From Lama guanicoe (lineage: Eukaryota), in assembly GCA_013239625.1 (NCBI GenBank), contig MU054117.1, forward strand, positions 5,111,514-5,175,513: DNA of 64,000 nucleotides, in the 5' to 3' direction. Below the pieces are notes generated by a model that saw nothing but the letters and a program-made list of their open reading frames with translations, ran no database searches and was not told where the DNA came from. Every line of letters begins with the position of its first letter. Position 1 is the first letter of the stretch. The position numbers and the translations under genes are program-made. Below are positions 49,702-61,588 of the stretch, piece by piece.

Positions 49702-52700
49702 CTGGCGGAGGGGAGGGGTAAGGGCGAAAATCAGCGGCTGCATCAAGATGCATTTATTAAAAACCTGCTTCTGGGAAATGCTCTTCCTTCTGCCTCCTCG
49801 GCCATTTTAAAGCCACCTCTTTAGATTCTTGGTGGGACCGTCTTTGAGCAAAATCATGCAGCGAGTAGTTTGTTTTAAGTGCCTCCTGTCTGCTTCTGTG
49901 TCATTTCTCCATTTTAACATCTCCCGGTACCCTCTCCCCCCAAAGCACTGTATGACCCTGCCTCGAGAACTTTCTGTGGCTCAGAAGTAACACTTGAGAA
50001 ATGTACTCAGTCTGGGCTAGAAGGGCAATGTTAGACTCAAAAAAACTGGGTTTTAAAAATGGTGGCCCTGAACCCTCATCTATGGCTGGTGGGAATGTAA
50101 AATGGTGCAACTGCTCTGGAAGACAGTGTGGTAGTTCCTCAAAAAGTTAAGACAGAGTTACAATGTGATCCAGCCATTCCACTCCTAGGTATGTATATAT
50201 ACCTAAGAGAACTGTGTGTTTAGACAGAAACTTGCAGACGAATGCTCACAGCTGCAGTATCTGTAAAAGGCCCAAAGTGGAAACAACCCAAATGTCCCTC
50301 AATTGATGAATGGATGAACAAAATGTGGTCTAACCACACAGTGGCATTCTATTCAGCCATGAAAAGGGATGGGGTCCTGATATATGCTACAATGTGGATG
50401 AACCTTGAAAACATTATGGCAAATGAACGAATGCAGACACAAAGGTCATTGTACGAATCCACGGCTCTGAGGTGTCCAGAGTAGGCAAAGCCATAGAGAC
50501 AGAAAGTGGTTAGTGGGTGCCAGGGACTGGGGAGGAGTGAGTTGAAGTTTCTTTTGGGGGTGATGGAAATGTTCTAGAATTAATGGACACACTAAAAATT
50601 ACTGGCTTTTATACTTTAGAAGAGTGATTTTTATGTTTTATGAAATTTATCTCAACAACAAAAAAACTTTAAAAATGCAGGGTTTTCTGGCACTGTGGCA
50701 TCTAGGCAGGGAGATATTTGTGGGACAGAGCCTTGTCTGTGCATCCTTACAGCAGACCATACCAAGAGAGGGTTTTCTCTTATTTAAGCACATCTGTCCC
50801 TCCTCCCCTTCATTGTCCTGTCTGATTAATTTCCTTCAGGCTTTAAGTTTCTCAGTTATCTCTTGATCCTCCAAGGAGAAGGGATAAGCTCCTTGCTTCT
50901 CCTTTTCCAGGCCTTCTTGGCTCCCTTTTTCTTCCTCACCTTCTGCCTTCATCTCCCCCTTTCTTCTGAGGATTCCTTTAAACCCTGAGTCCTGTGCCCC
51001 TGGCCCTGCACACAGCTGAGGCTCGTCTGGGAAGTGGCCATGATCATGGCACTGCAGGTCCCCACTTACCAGGCACACAGCTCAGAACGTCCTCCCCTTC
51101 CTGCGCCTGCTTCCAGGGGACCTGGGCGGTGCAGCTGAGAGTCCCTGAGGAGTGAATGAGGGGGGTAAACAGACCCAGAATTGGGAGGTGGGGGCTAAAA
51201 GAGGCCGCAGGCCGCTTGGTGGGAGTGAGGCAGGTAGGAGCTGGTTCCTTAGCAGGTAGGGACTCACCTGCTGCCACGGCCTGATAATAGGGTGCCTGGC
51301 AGTGGCTCTGGACCTTGGCAGGGTTGTCTCTATGTGTGTTGATGGCCTCAGGGCCCCCACTGGCCTGGCTGATGGGCTGAATATGATTCATATCTATAGG
51401 AAAACAGTGGTTATTAGGACTGAGAACAGATTTGCAGACTGGCAACCCAGGCACTGATTCTGGCCCGTGGCCACATTTAGTTTGACTGCAGTTTTTTTTT
51501 TTTAAACAAACACACAGCATTTGAACTATTTTTCACCAATCAGATTGTTAATGCTAAAACAGTTTGAAAATAACTGTGTAAGTAGGGGATGGGAAAACAG
51601 GCACTTTCATATATGGTTAGTGGGAGGGAGTGTAAAGTAACAAAACTTCTTTGTAAAGAAGTTTAGCCATATTAAGATTAAAATTGCAAACATTTTTTTC
51701 ACTTAGCATTTTCATTTCTAAGAATTTACTCTCATGTATGTGCCCAAAGATACATATATGAGTCTATTCAGAGCAGTACTGTTTGTGGGAGCAAAATATC
51801 TATCAGTGGAGGACTGATGAAATACACTATGATGCATCAATCAAAGGAATATTATATGGCCATTAAAAAGAATTAGGCAATGCTAACCATGTGTATATGG
51901 GATGATTTTGAAGTTATATCATTGAATGAAAAATGGCAAATTAAAAATATTATGTAAACACACACACAACACAGTATTTATATTTGAATGGCCTAGAATG
52001 CCTTTGGCAGAAGACCTGGGAAATGGAGAACAGGGTGGTTTCTGGACATGGCAGCCAGGGACTAAGGGCAGAGATCAGAGGAAGATCCTTTTTTGAAAAA
52101 TTTACCATGTGCTTGTATCATCTGTCAAAAAACCTGGGGTTAACATTTGAAAGTCTGAATTTTTGGCTTCTCTTGAGAAATGAGATGATCTGCAAGTTCT
52201 AGGCTTGTAAATCTGCACGGAAATAGTGGCTGGAGCTGAGATGCTGCCCCTGAGGGAGCAGGGCCGGGTCGGGCAGGAAGGGGCTGGGACCAGGTGAGCC
52301 GGAGCCTCCAGCCTCATCTTCCACCTGCCACTTCAAGATCCCAGGGGCCACGGCCATGGGCAGGGTCTGCCCTCCCTTACCCCTGGGGACACACTCACCC
52401 ACGGCTTGGTAGAGGGCCAGGAAGCCCTTGTGGAGGCCTGGGGTCCCGTCCTCAGAGGAGGTGGGTGCACGGAAGGTCAGCCGCAAACTGTTTCCCAGGG
52501 ACACAAACTCCCTGTCACCAGGGGTGCTGCCCAGCGGGGAGCCTTGCTGCCCACAGAACCGGCTTAGATCCATCCCACTGGCTGTGATCTGAAAGGGGAG
52601 CGGGACAGACAGGTGTGGGGTGAATCTGCACCACAGGGGGTCAGGGTCATGTCACAGGCATGGACCCCAGGCCTGTCTAGAAGGTCTGCACACCCCTGGG

Positions 52701-55700
52701 GCTTGGAATTCCTACCACCTCATGCGACCTTCCTCAAGTAGCTTCCTGTTCCATTATTGGCTCCCAAGTTCCTTCCTTCCATGACCAGACAATTAGCCTA
52801 CCATGTTATCTCATACAGCCGCTATATTTTAAGAATTGAAATGGAAACTCACAATAACTGGACTAGAAGTTCTAAGAAGGCAGGAATGGCATCTATTTTG
52901 CTCACCACTGAGTCCCTGAGGCTCAGTGTAGCACCTACAGCACCGACGCTTTGAATCAGAGTATCAGAGGCAAGTCCCTCCCATCTGGCTCCCTCCACCC
53001 CCATCACCTTTCACGTCTGAGTGACTTCCTAGGGCCAACGCCTGAGAAGCAAGAAGCCCCTCTGCAAAGACTGAGCTCCTGGGGTCCCTGGCCTTCCCCA
53101 TTCTCCTCCATTTGCAGTGTCCCTCCTCTTACCCCACAAACTGTAAATGAAGCCCCCATAAGGTGTGGAATCTAAGGACACAAAATATATACAGTGTGGG
53201 TACACTGGCCAGTGCTGCCTAACTTAAATCCCTGCTCAAATCCCTTCTGTGGGTTCCCCAAGGAAGGGCATCCTGGAAGGAGTTCCCCTGGCTCGCCTTT
53301 CATAATCTCCCTTCTGGGGACAAAGCTCACTGCTCAGCTCATTTGATTTGTGACTTTCATGTTGATCCACATATCCTGAGTTCTTGCTCCGTCTTCATTT
53401 CTTTATTCTCCCCACATCTCAAATTCCTTTAAGACTCCATCCAGCCCATCTCACTGTGATCACCTTAACTGGGTAAAAATTGGCGTGAAGAAAACTTCTC
53501 AGTCACCCCAAATGCCTAGCTTTGGCACATCTGTTCTTTTCCCTAGCATGTCAACAAATCTAAGTCCCCGTATTTAAGAGGCCTACCCCTTGGGGAAGAA
53601 GCATTTTGCTCCAGGAAACTGTCTCTTCCTGATAAACTTGGTTGTTAAACCCTACAGTTTTCTTTTTACCCTTTCTCATGAGTTGTTGGTTAAATAAAGT
53701 CACTTAGGAGTCTAACTAGCAAAGCAGAGTGACGTAGGGAGTTTCTAAACCTCCCCAGATCTCAGTTTCCTCTCCTGTAAAATGGTCTGTGAGGCGCCTT
53801 CCAGCCAGGACAGCACCCCGTCCTACGGCAGCTCTCTGGTTTCTGCAGGAAGAGCAGAGCGGAGGAAGATACCAAGTACCCGCTCATTCAAAGTGGTGGT
53901 GGTGTGCGTCCCACACACACGGCAAGCTTAGACTTCATTCATTCTTTCCTTTATTCCTTCAACAAACAGTAATTGACTAGTTCTACGTGTGAGAGACTGT
54001 GCTAGGTGCCGCGGACACAGGTGTGAACAAGACACACTTCTGTTATGGAGGAGCCCAGAGCCTGGCTGAGGATACTGATGAGCAAAAGATGGACTAGATT
54101 ACAGTGTGCTGGATTCTGCATTCGAGGGGTGTGTGTGTGTGTGTGATTTGCTCTGGAAGCAGAGAGGAGGGAACAATCCTATTTCTGAGCTTGAGCTCCC
54201 TCAGTGACAAGGGGAGGGTCAGACTGGGATGAACATTGTCCATGACTAAGAACAGGGCACAGGGAGGTGCTCAAGGACTCAGGCTGAGTTGAATGGAGTC
54301 CTGGATTCTGGTTAAGTCTGAAGAAATAAATACACACATTTTTCTCCTTTCCCACCTCAAATCCCACTCACATGACAGTAGAGGGGTAAAAATGGATCTG
54401 TGGTCAAGGACCAGAAGGACAGCAGCTGAGAGATGTCCACAACGCCTGGAAGGTGGAATGGAGGCGGACCCGTGGTAACGTGTCTTGGTGAAAGAAAGCA
54501 GGAGGTTCTGATCACAGACCCCCATAAAGTGTCAGAACTGGGGTAACCAGGAACCCGGAAGCTTCCTCTAAGGAAACTGGCTCTCGCCAAAGAAAACCCT
54601 TCTGCTGCCAACATGTGGGAGGCCCCCTGCAGCACATCTGGGTCACCTTGTTGATAACCCGATTTTCAAACCTGTCATTTGACAGATTTCAGCTATCCAC
54701 ACAGAGCATCCAAGAGCGTCCTGCACGTCACTCTTAAGTAGGAATGGACAGCCAGTTTTTATCAGGCATTGTAGGAAAGTCTCCAAGATGAGAAGCAGAG
54801 GCCAAAACTCATGAACAGTCAAAAGGAACTTGATGAAGCAGAGATAATACAGGGAACAGAGAAACGTTTAAAAATAATCCCAATAGAGGGAAAAGGGTAG
54901 ATCGTGCCTCTACGAAACAAGGACAGGATTCCATAAAAAGGCACACTTAGAAAATAAGAATGGTCCTTTAGACATGAAAAGTCTGTTAGCAGAAAAGAAT
55001 TAATTGAAAAGTTGGTATTTAGAATGAGGAACTCTTGCACAAAGTGGAACAAAAAGAAGAAAAACAAAACAGAAAAGATAACAAAATTGGAGAATACGCC
55101 TAGAACCTAACAACAGCGAAGTGAAAGGAGTTCCAGAAAGAGAAAATAAAGTAGATGTCTGGAAATTATTGAAAAATTACTCCAAGAGGCAGGGAGGGTG
55201 TAGCTCAGTGGTAGAGGACATGCTCAGCATGCATGAGGTCCTGGGGTCACTCCCCAGTACCTCTGTTAAAAAAATAAACCTAATTACCTCCTGCACACCA
55301 AAAAAAAAAAATTATACAATAATAAATAAATAAAATATTTAAAAAATTAGTACAAGAATATTCCCAAATTGAAGGTCTCAATTTAAAGAGTGTCTGGATT
55401 GAAACTTTGTACAATAAATACAAAATGACCCGACCAGCTTCAAGTCATATCATGAGAGTTCAGAATACTGGTAATAAGGAAAAAATGCCAGAAGATCTAG
55501 AGAGAAAATACTAAAGATCAGGGTTCATAACAACACTAGTGCCAGAAGCTTACAATGTCATCAAAATTCTGAGAGAGAATGACTTCCAACCTAGCATGTA
55601 ATCAGATCAACTCTCCATCAAGTGTGAGGGCAGAACTAAGACACGGAGAGTATGTAAGGTCCTCGAAAATGCATTCCCTCCTTCCCTTCTGGGAGGAGAA

Positions 55701-57670
55701 GGTGCTCCTCCAACAAGAGGGAGTAAACCAAGAAAGAGCGGAAGGTGGGACTCAGCTCCGACACAAGGCAGGAAAGGGAACCCCCAGAACCAGGGGGAAG
55801 GGAAGTCCCAGCAGTGGGAAGGCTTTGAAAGCAAAGAACTCAGACTTAAGAAATAGGTCACCAAGAGATCTTCCGGGGGGATGTCCCCAATGAAAAGGAG
55901 GACTAAGAGATGGAGATTTGTACTTGAAGATGTCAAGAGAGTCACTCTCCAGGCTAAGAGTTTGGGGAGATTTTTTTACAGAGAGAACTGAGCAAACCCA
56001 AAATCAAAACAAAAGCAAACAAAAACCCCCAAAGAACACTATGTAATTATTCACTCCTGGGAAACCCAGAAGTTGGAGAAGAAAGGAAATTGTACACCAT
56101 GGGCTCAGCATGTACATCTTAAAGTTATCATCCTGTAAATAATGAATATAGATTTAACTAAAAATGATAATGTAGGTAAAGTGAGAGGTTGAGGGAGGAG
56201 AACTGTGGGAAGTGAAGGTCCAAGAGAGAGAAAGCTAGTCCTCATCGGTTACCATTGGAAGTTAATAGAGAAGTTATTTATACTTACGAAAATAAATACC
56301 AGATGAAACAGTGGCATGAATCATGACTGCCCTGGGAGGCAGCAGTGGGGGCTGGAGGCCACTGGTTTTCTTTATAAGCCGTGTAAGTCACACTCTGATT
56401 GTTAAAAAAAGATTGTGTGCATGCATTACTTCGATACAGATAAAATTTAAATTAAAAGACGCTGTGAAGTGCTGTTTTTAAAGTGTCCTTATTTTGACTG
56501 ATGCCCCTGTCGTGTGAATTGCGACAGCCCCTCTGAGGGGGACTGGAACAGTCACCTAATCTTTTGTTATTATTTACGTCCAGAATCCTAACCTGACAGA
56601 GTTAACTCAACAAATACTCGATGATGCATTTTTAACAACTGACGTGTGAGTACTTGCTGTTTACCCTAGGGGTCGGCACTGTTTGTGTGTCCCCTTGAAA
56701 GACTTCAAAAAGTAGGGCCTGACCTGCTGCCCTCTCCCCTGTGGGCAGGGGTGTAAGGCCTGGACGGACGGGGCTGCCGGTGGGGGGCTGGGCACCAGGC
56801 ACACCTGTCCTCCCAGGCAGGCTTCGGGATTCAGGGCGACCGCCGCCTCCCACTGCCCCTGCGCGCCAGGCTGGAAGGCTCCCTCCCCGCAGTCCCTCCG
56901 GGGTCCCACCCAGCTCACTGTGACAGAGTCCCCCTCACAGTCTGGGGACAGCTCCAGGTCGAAGTCCTGGAAGATGAGTCTCACGGCAAAGCCCTCTGGA
57001 GCCTCGATGTCCGTGGAGCTCTCTTGACCTTTGACATAGGGCTCTGGGTACCCGGGGGATGTCAGCTTCTGGGGCAGTCGCTGGGCCAAGAGCACGGAGC
57101 CCTGTGTGGAGCAAGCCTGGAGGACCCCCCAGAGGAGCAGCCACCACTTGTGAGCGGGTGAGGGCAGAGGGGGCCACACCGCTGAGGCCCGGGGCCTGTG
57201 GAGACATGAGCGGGGCAGGCAACGCTAAGGGACGAGAGGCCTGGCTTAGGATCCGCAGCTGTGGCCTCAGGCCCTGAGACCTGGGCACTTCTGGCTTCTC
57301 CCTAATTATTGCCCCCGCCCGTCGCCCCAATTCCTGGTCAGCCTGAGCTCAGACTGTGAGTTTTCCACCATTGCCCATCTCCCTGGAGAGTCTCATCCAA
57401 AGCAGGGGCTGCTTTCTGCTTCACTCAACCCCATCCCCACCTGGGGAGGGACCATTAAATATGAGAGTTCCCTGGCCCTGTGAGAGAGAGTGTGTGTGTG
57501 TGTGTGTGCGCGTGCGCTCTCGTGCATCTGGCCCGGCTGCTCGTCCCCGTCCCCACCCTTCTTTCCAGCCCCTCCAGGCACACTCACATCTTGCCCCGGG
57601 AAGCATGTGGAGGGGGGCTTCCCCAGAGACAGTTCCCCCTCGCTGAGACTGGGCATCTGGAACCAGACAT
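48929..57670 (-). CDS. C1RL: Complement C1r-like protein (C1r-LP; CUB - partial CCP - serine protease-like), spliced gene
   Basis: Exons (descending) 57670/57656-57588, 57147 (or 57146/57195)-56919, 52588-52399, 51393-51268, 51144-51070, 49701-48929. WWLLLWGVLQAC signal peptide; TAAH/GDIAL/GDSGG present. Exon 2 acceptor is non-canonical (see findings). Confidence 0.92.
50070..50660 (+). mobile_element. Old LINE-1 (L1M) 3' fragment in C1RL intron
   Basis: [18 protein letters not shown]...YSAMKRD...ATMWMNLENI L1 ORF2 tail. Confidence 0.75.
51070..51144 (-). CDS. C1RL: C1RL exon 5
   Basis: TLSCTAQVPWKQAQEGEDVLSCVP; 75 nt like C1R exon 10. Confidence 0.9.
51268..51393 (-). CDS. C1RL: C1RL exon 4
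   Basis: MNHIQPISQASGGPEAINTHRDNPAKVQSHCQAPYYQAVAA. Confidence 0.9.
52399..52588 (-). CDS. C1RL: C1RL exon 3 (CUB)
   Basis: ITASGMDLSRFCGQQGSPLG...REFVSLGNSLRLTF...HKGFLALYQAV. Confidence 0.93.
55190..55340 (+). mobile_element. tRNA-derived SINE (Vic-1-like) within old L1 sequence
   Basis: GGGTGTAGCTCAGTGGTAGAG...AATAAACCTAATTACCTCC. Confidence 0.8.
56919..57147 (-). CDS. C1RL: C1RL exon 2 (signal peptide, CUB)
   Basis: WWLLLWGVLQACSTQGSVLLAQRLPQKLTSPGYPEPY...FQDFDLE...DSVT; 229 nt like C1R exon 2; 5' boundary uncertain. Confidence 0.88.
57588..57670 (-). CDS. C1RL: C1RL exon 1 coding part
   Basis: Donor GCAAGAT|GTGAGT; ATGs at 57670 and 57656. Confidence 0.75.
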
Positions 57671-58254
57671 CTGAGCCCTGAGAGGACTTGGCCCAGGCCA
57701 GGGAACAGGAAGTGGGGCTGGAGAAGGCCCTGTGGGGGAGGAGGGGAAGTTACTGGAAATGCGTTGGGTAACTGGCCACAGTTCCCTTTTTCTAAATCGT
57801 TGGCTTGAGCGCCACCTGCTGTCTGACTCAGGACTAGCTCGCCCACTGCAACTCAGAGGGAAAACCTCGCCAGAACAACGCCGGCCCTCAGAAGACAGCA
57901 GGGGTGGGAGGCACTGACTACTGACTTTTGCATCATTTAAAGCTAACTTTTACCATGCATTTGTCACACACGGTAGCATAGCTCCTTGTGAGTGAGGCTG
58001 TCTGTTGCCTTTCATTGGCCAGACCTGTCCCTCCCTGACCTCTCCGCTCAGTCCCTGACCGGCCTGCCTCCCATAGAAACTGCAGTTTGCCGCCCTACCT
58101 TCTGCCCCCTCACCAAGCAGGGCGGGGGGCACTCACCTGGGTCGTCTCTGAATCCTGCCCGCAGCTCTGGACTCTGCTTGTCCAGCAAAGTCAGGCCGGC
58201 GCAGGGAGCGGATCAGGCCCAGTCTGAAGCTTCTTTAGGCAAATACCAGGGCCG

Positions 58255-58553
58255 AGTCTCTGGGCAGAGGCTGCCCTCCCTGCACCCCCAGGAGGGACCC
58301 TTGCCCACAGGTTGGTAAGGGGCCAGGAAGCCCTCGTGGAAGCCGGGGCTCTTGTCCTCAAAAGTCAGCCGCAAATTGCTCCCCAGGGACACAAACTCCC
58401 TCTGACCAGGGATCTGGTGGCGGGGTTAGGAGTAGGGGTTTGGGGTGTGCCCACTGGGGAGCCTTACTGCTTCTCTGTACCCCTGGAGGTCACAGGGTCA
58501 CGTCCTGGGGTGGACTCCAGCTTGGTCTAGAAGGTCTGCACCCCTCTGGGGTT
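58255..58553 (-). pseudogene. Degenerate genomic duplicate of C1RL exon 3 and flanking intron
   Basis: Encodes PGQREFVSLGSNLRLTF--EDKSPGFHEGFLAPYQPV; intron flank GTCTAGAAGGTCTGCAC is shared with the real intron near 52674. Confidence 0.85.
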
Positions 58554-58739
58554 CAGCGTCATAGTGCACGGTGGCTTCATCACACCGTTGCAATAATTGT
58601 ATATACCTTTTCCCTCCCCATTCCACTGCCCGCAAAGCCTGCCCTGGGCGGAGGAGAGCTCCTCACCTACTCCAGTGCTCCGTCTCTTTTAAAAAATTTT
58701 TGTCTGTCTTCCAAAAAAATTTTTTTAAAACACCTTTTT

Positions 58740-58878
58740 TTTATTGTATTACTTAATTATTTCATTTTGGCAGTAGGGGAAGATTAGGTTTATTTATCTT
58801 TAGAGGAGACACTGGGAATTGAACCCAGGACTTCATACATGCTAAGCACGCTGTCTACCACTTGAGCTAGATCTCTCT
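58740..58878 (-). mobile_element. tRNA-derived SINE (Vic-1-like)
   Basis: CTGGGAATTGAACCCAGGAC...CTACCACTTGAGCTA. Confidence 0.75.
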
Positions 58879-61439
58879 GAGAACTTCCTGTCTGATAAGC
58901 GTCATATTGCTCTGTCCTCCTGGGAGCCTCTGACTTGAGGAGGTAGCTTCCCGTCAGGCTTGGGTATTTTTGTTGTCTCCTGAGTAACAGGGTCACCTTG
59001 GAGATGAGGACCCCAAGTACGATAGCCAGAGCATTTGTGTTTCTTATGATCACATCCAGGGAAGGGATGCTAAAGGCCACGAATTCCAAGAACCCTCAAG
59101 TTTACTGAACTCGGAGATTGAACGCTTCCTCTTCTTTCTTTTTCCAGCCCTTCTCACAAGGCTGATTCCTAGGTCGCAGCGCAGGGGTTCCTTCCATCAA
59201 TTCAGATACTTGTAGGCTCTTAAGTTCCTGAAAACCCTTTGAAAAGAACATTAGAGTAATAGGGTTTTACTTTTGTGCTTAAAGGGAGGAGAAGAAATTC
59301 CTAAAGATATACTTCTGGTCTAACAACCAAACTGTAATCTCACAAATAGGTATGCTTTTTTGGAAGTTGAAGAGGTTAATTAATTAGTTAATTTCCGGGG
59401 TGGGGGAGGGTCAGTAGGTCTATTTATTTATTTATTATTAGTTTTTTTTTTTTTTGGATGGAGGTGCTGGGGATTGACCCTCCCTCCTCTCTTTTACTCA
59501 CCTGTCTTCTGCTGCACTGAGCTATACCCTCCCCCCACAGCAGGTTAATTTAAATATTGTTTTCAGAGTAATAAGTTACTGATGGCCAACCAGAGCTGCA
59601 GGCTTTTAGGGTTTATAGATGACATCGCGCAGGCTCTACAGCACTCCTTTCTGAAGTCTGCATGTCTTTTTTTAAATTTAGATTAATTTTATTTTTTTGA
59701 ACTTTTTTTATTGAGCTATAGTCAGTTTACAATGTTGTGTCACATTCCAGTGTAGAGCACAGTTTTTCAGTTGTACATGAACATACATACATTCGTTGTC
59801 ACATTCTCTTTCGCTGTGAGTGAAGTCTGCGTGTCTTAAAAGGATTATTTATTTTCACACCAGGGAGACTGAATGTTCTCGATTCACCACTTTATCAGAA
59901 TGGATTCAGCGAAGCAAAATTGTGCCTGATTTTCTGCAGCTCCAGGAGGAGAGGGATTGTACGCTCACCTTCCTGAGATTTGTTTCATGAGCATTTGTGG
60001 GTCTCTGCTTTTTAAAACCAACCACCAGCATTTCATTACTGAGTATTTAGAGGGAAAAAAAGGCCGGCCTAAGAAGCTTAAAATGTACGAAAGGAAAGAG
60101 AAAGAAGCAAACAGATGTGGAACACGTTATGATTTTCATCCACACTTGGGAGGCAGGTCCCTTCCCTTCAGGGCCAGTGTGAGGGCTTGGCCCCAGCGAA
60201 GCAGCGGGGCTGTGGCTGGGGCTGTCTCCAGGGCAGGAGGGACAGAAAGTTCTTGGAAGTAGAGTGATTGTCAGAATGGCCTTTAAAAATTTCTCCGGGG
60301 TAGACACCACCTGCTGTCTGGCTCAGAGTTAGCTGAAATATTGGAGACAGTTTTTACTCCAACTGAGGCTTGGTATCTCTGAGACCAGGAAAACCTCTCA
60401 CCCACTGACATTCAGACTTAACTTGAAGGAGGAGCTGAAGGAAATTTCTGTGGGGGCCACGTCAGCTGTCCATTTCTCTGAATTTCCCGATTTCAAAGAC
60501 TGTTTCCATTTCTTTATGGTCCTGGTCCTCTGTCAGTTGTTCCCTAGCCTGTGGCTGTCTCTGTCCCTTCCTTTCCAGGCCGGGTGCTCTGGGGACAGGA
60601 GCCATGGCCACCTGGAGGCATTGGGACCTGACTTCATCAAAATGGGATGGTGGAGAGAGAAGACTCTAGCGAAGGCTGGAGAAGAGCTTACCTCCACGGT
60701 GTCCTCCGCTGTTGTGGGTCTGCACTGCTCCCCCGCCTTGAGCTGGAAAACTGGGGATGCAGCCAGTGTTGAGGTCCACTCAAAATTAAAAAAAAAAAAA
60801 TTAAAAAAAGAAAGGCACAAAGGTAGAGCCAAAAGGCCAATAGATGAATTACAATGGAGTTCTGAACTCTAAACTGGTTTAATTTGGGAGAATTTGCTTC
60901 TAGTATGGTGACTTATTAAAACTCGTCCTGGTTTGTCTGGGGCCAAGGGGTTTCCTGGGACACGAGGTGTTCAGTCCTAAAACTGGTTCAGTTCCAGGCC
61001 AGCTGGGACAGTTGGTAATTTCTAGCCCTTCACTCTGTATTATCCCCTTCCCTTAGCCAAATGTGAGCCGCTAAAGAGCAGAAGCCACACTGCTCTATGT
61101 GTAGGCCCCCAACACAGGTAAGAGGACTGAATAAAGAAAATAAAGGATGCAAACTACGAAATTGTAAGTACACTACGTCCATAGAAATGGAAAACCCAAG
61201 AGCAGTCTAGAATAACTGTGTCTTAGAGCATAGCGCTATGGACGGTTTAACAAATGTTTCTCTGTTTAGTGAAATTCTTGCAATGTCATTAAATCGTTTG
61301 AATAATTACAAAGCAAATGTATTTAAAATGGTAACTGTGACCGGAGAGCCCTTCCTAAGCCAGACAAGATGAGAAGGATGAGGTCATGGATACTGAAGAT
61401 GATGCTGGACCGTGGCTCTGGGTCTTCTTTTTTTAAAAA

Positions 61440-61588
61440 ATTTTTATTTGTTTGTTATTGATTGTTTTATTTTGATGGGGGTGGAGGAGGTAATTAGGTT
61501 TGTTTATTTTTAGAAGAGGTACTGGAGGTTGAACCCAGGACCTGTGCATGCTAAGCATGGCCTCTACCACTTGAGCTAACCCTTCCCC
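61440..61588 (-). mobile_element. tRNA-derived SINE (Vic-1-like)
   Basis: GGTAATTAGGTTT...TTGAACCCAGGACC...CTACCACTTGAGCTA. Confidence 0.8.

Noticed and set aside
48698..49810. 370-aa + strand ORF
   Set aside because: Antisense shadow of the GC3-rich C1RL protease exon; no recognisable protein
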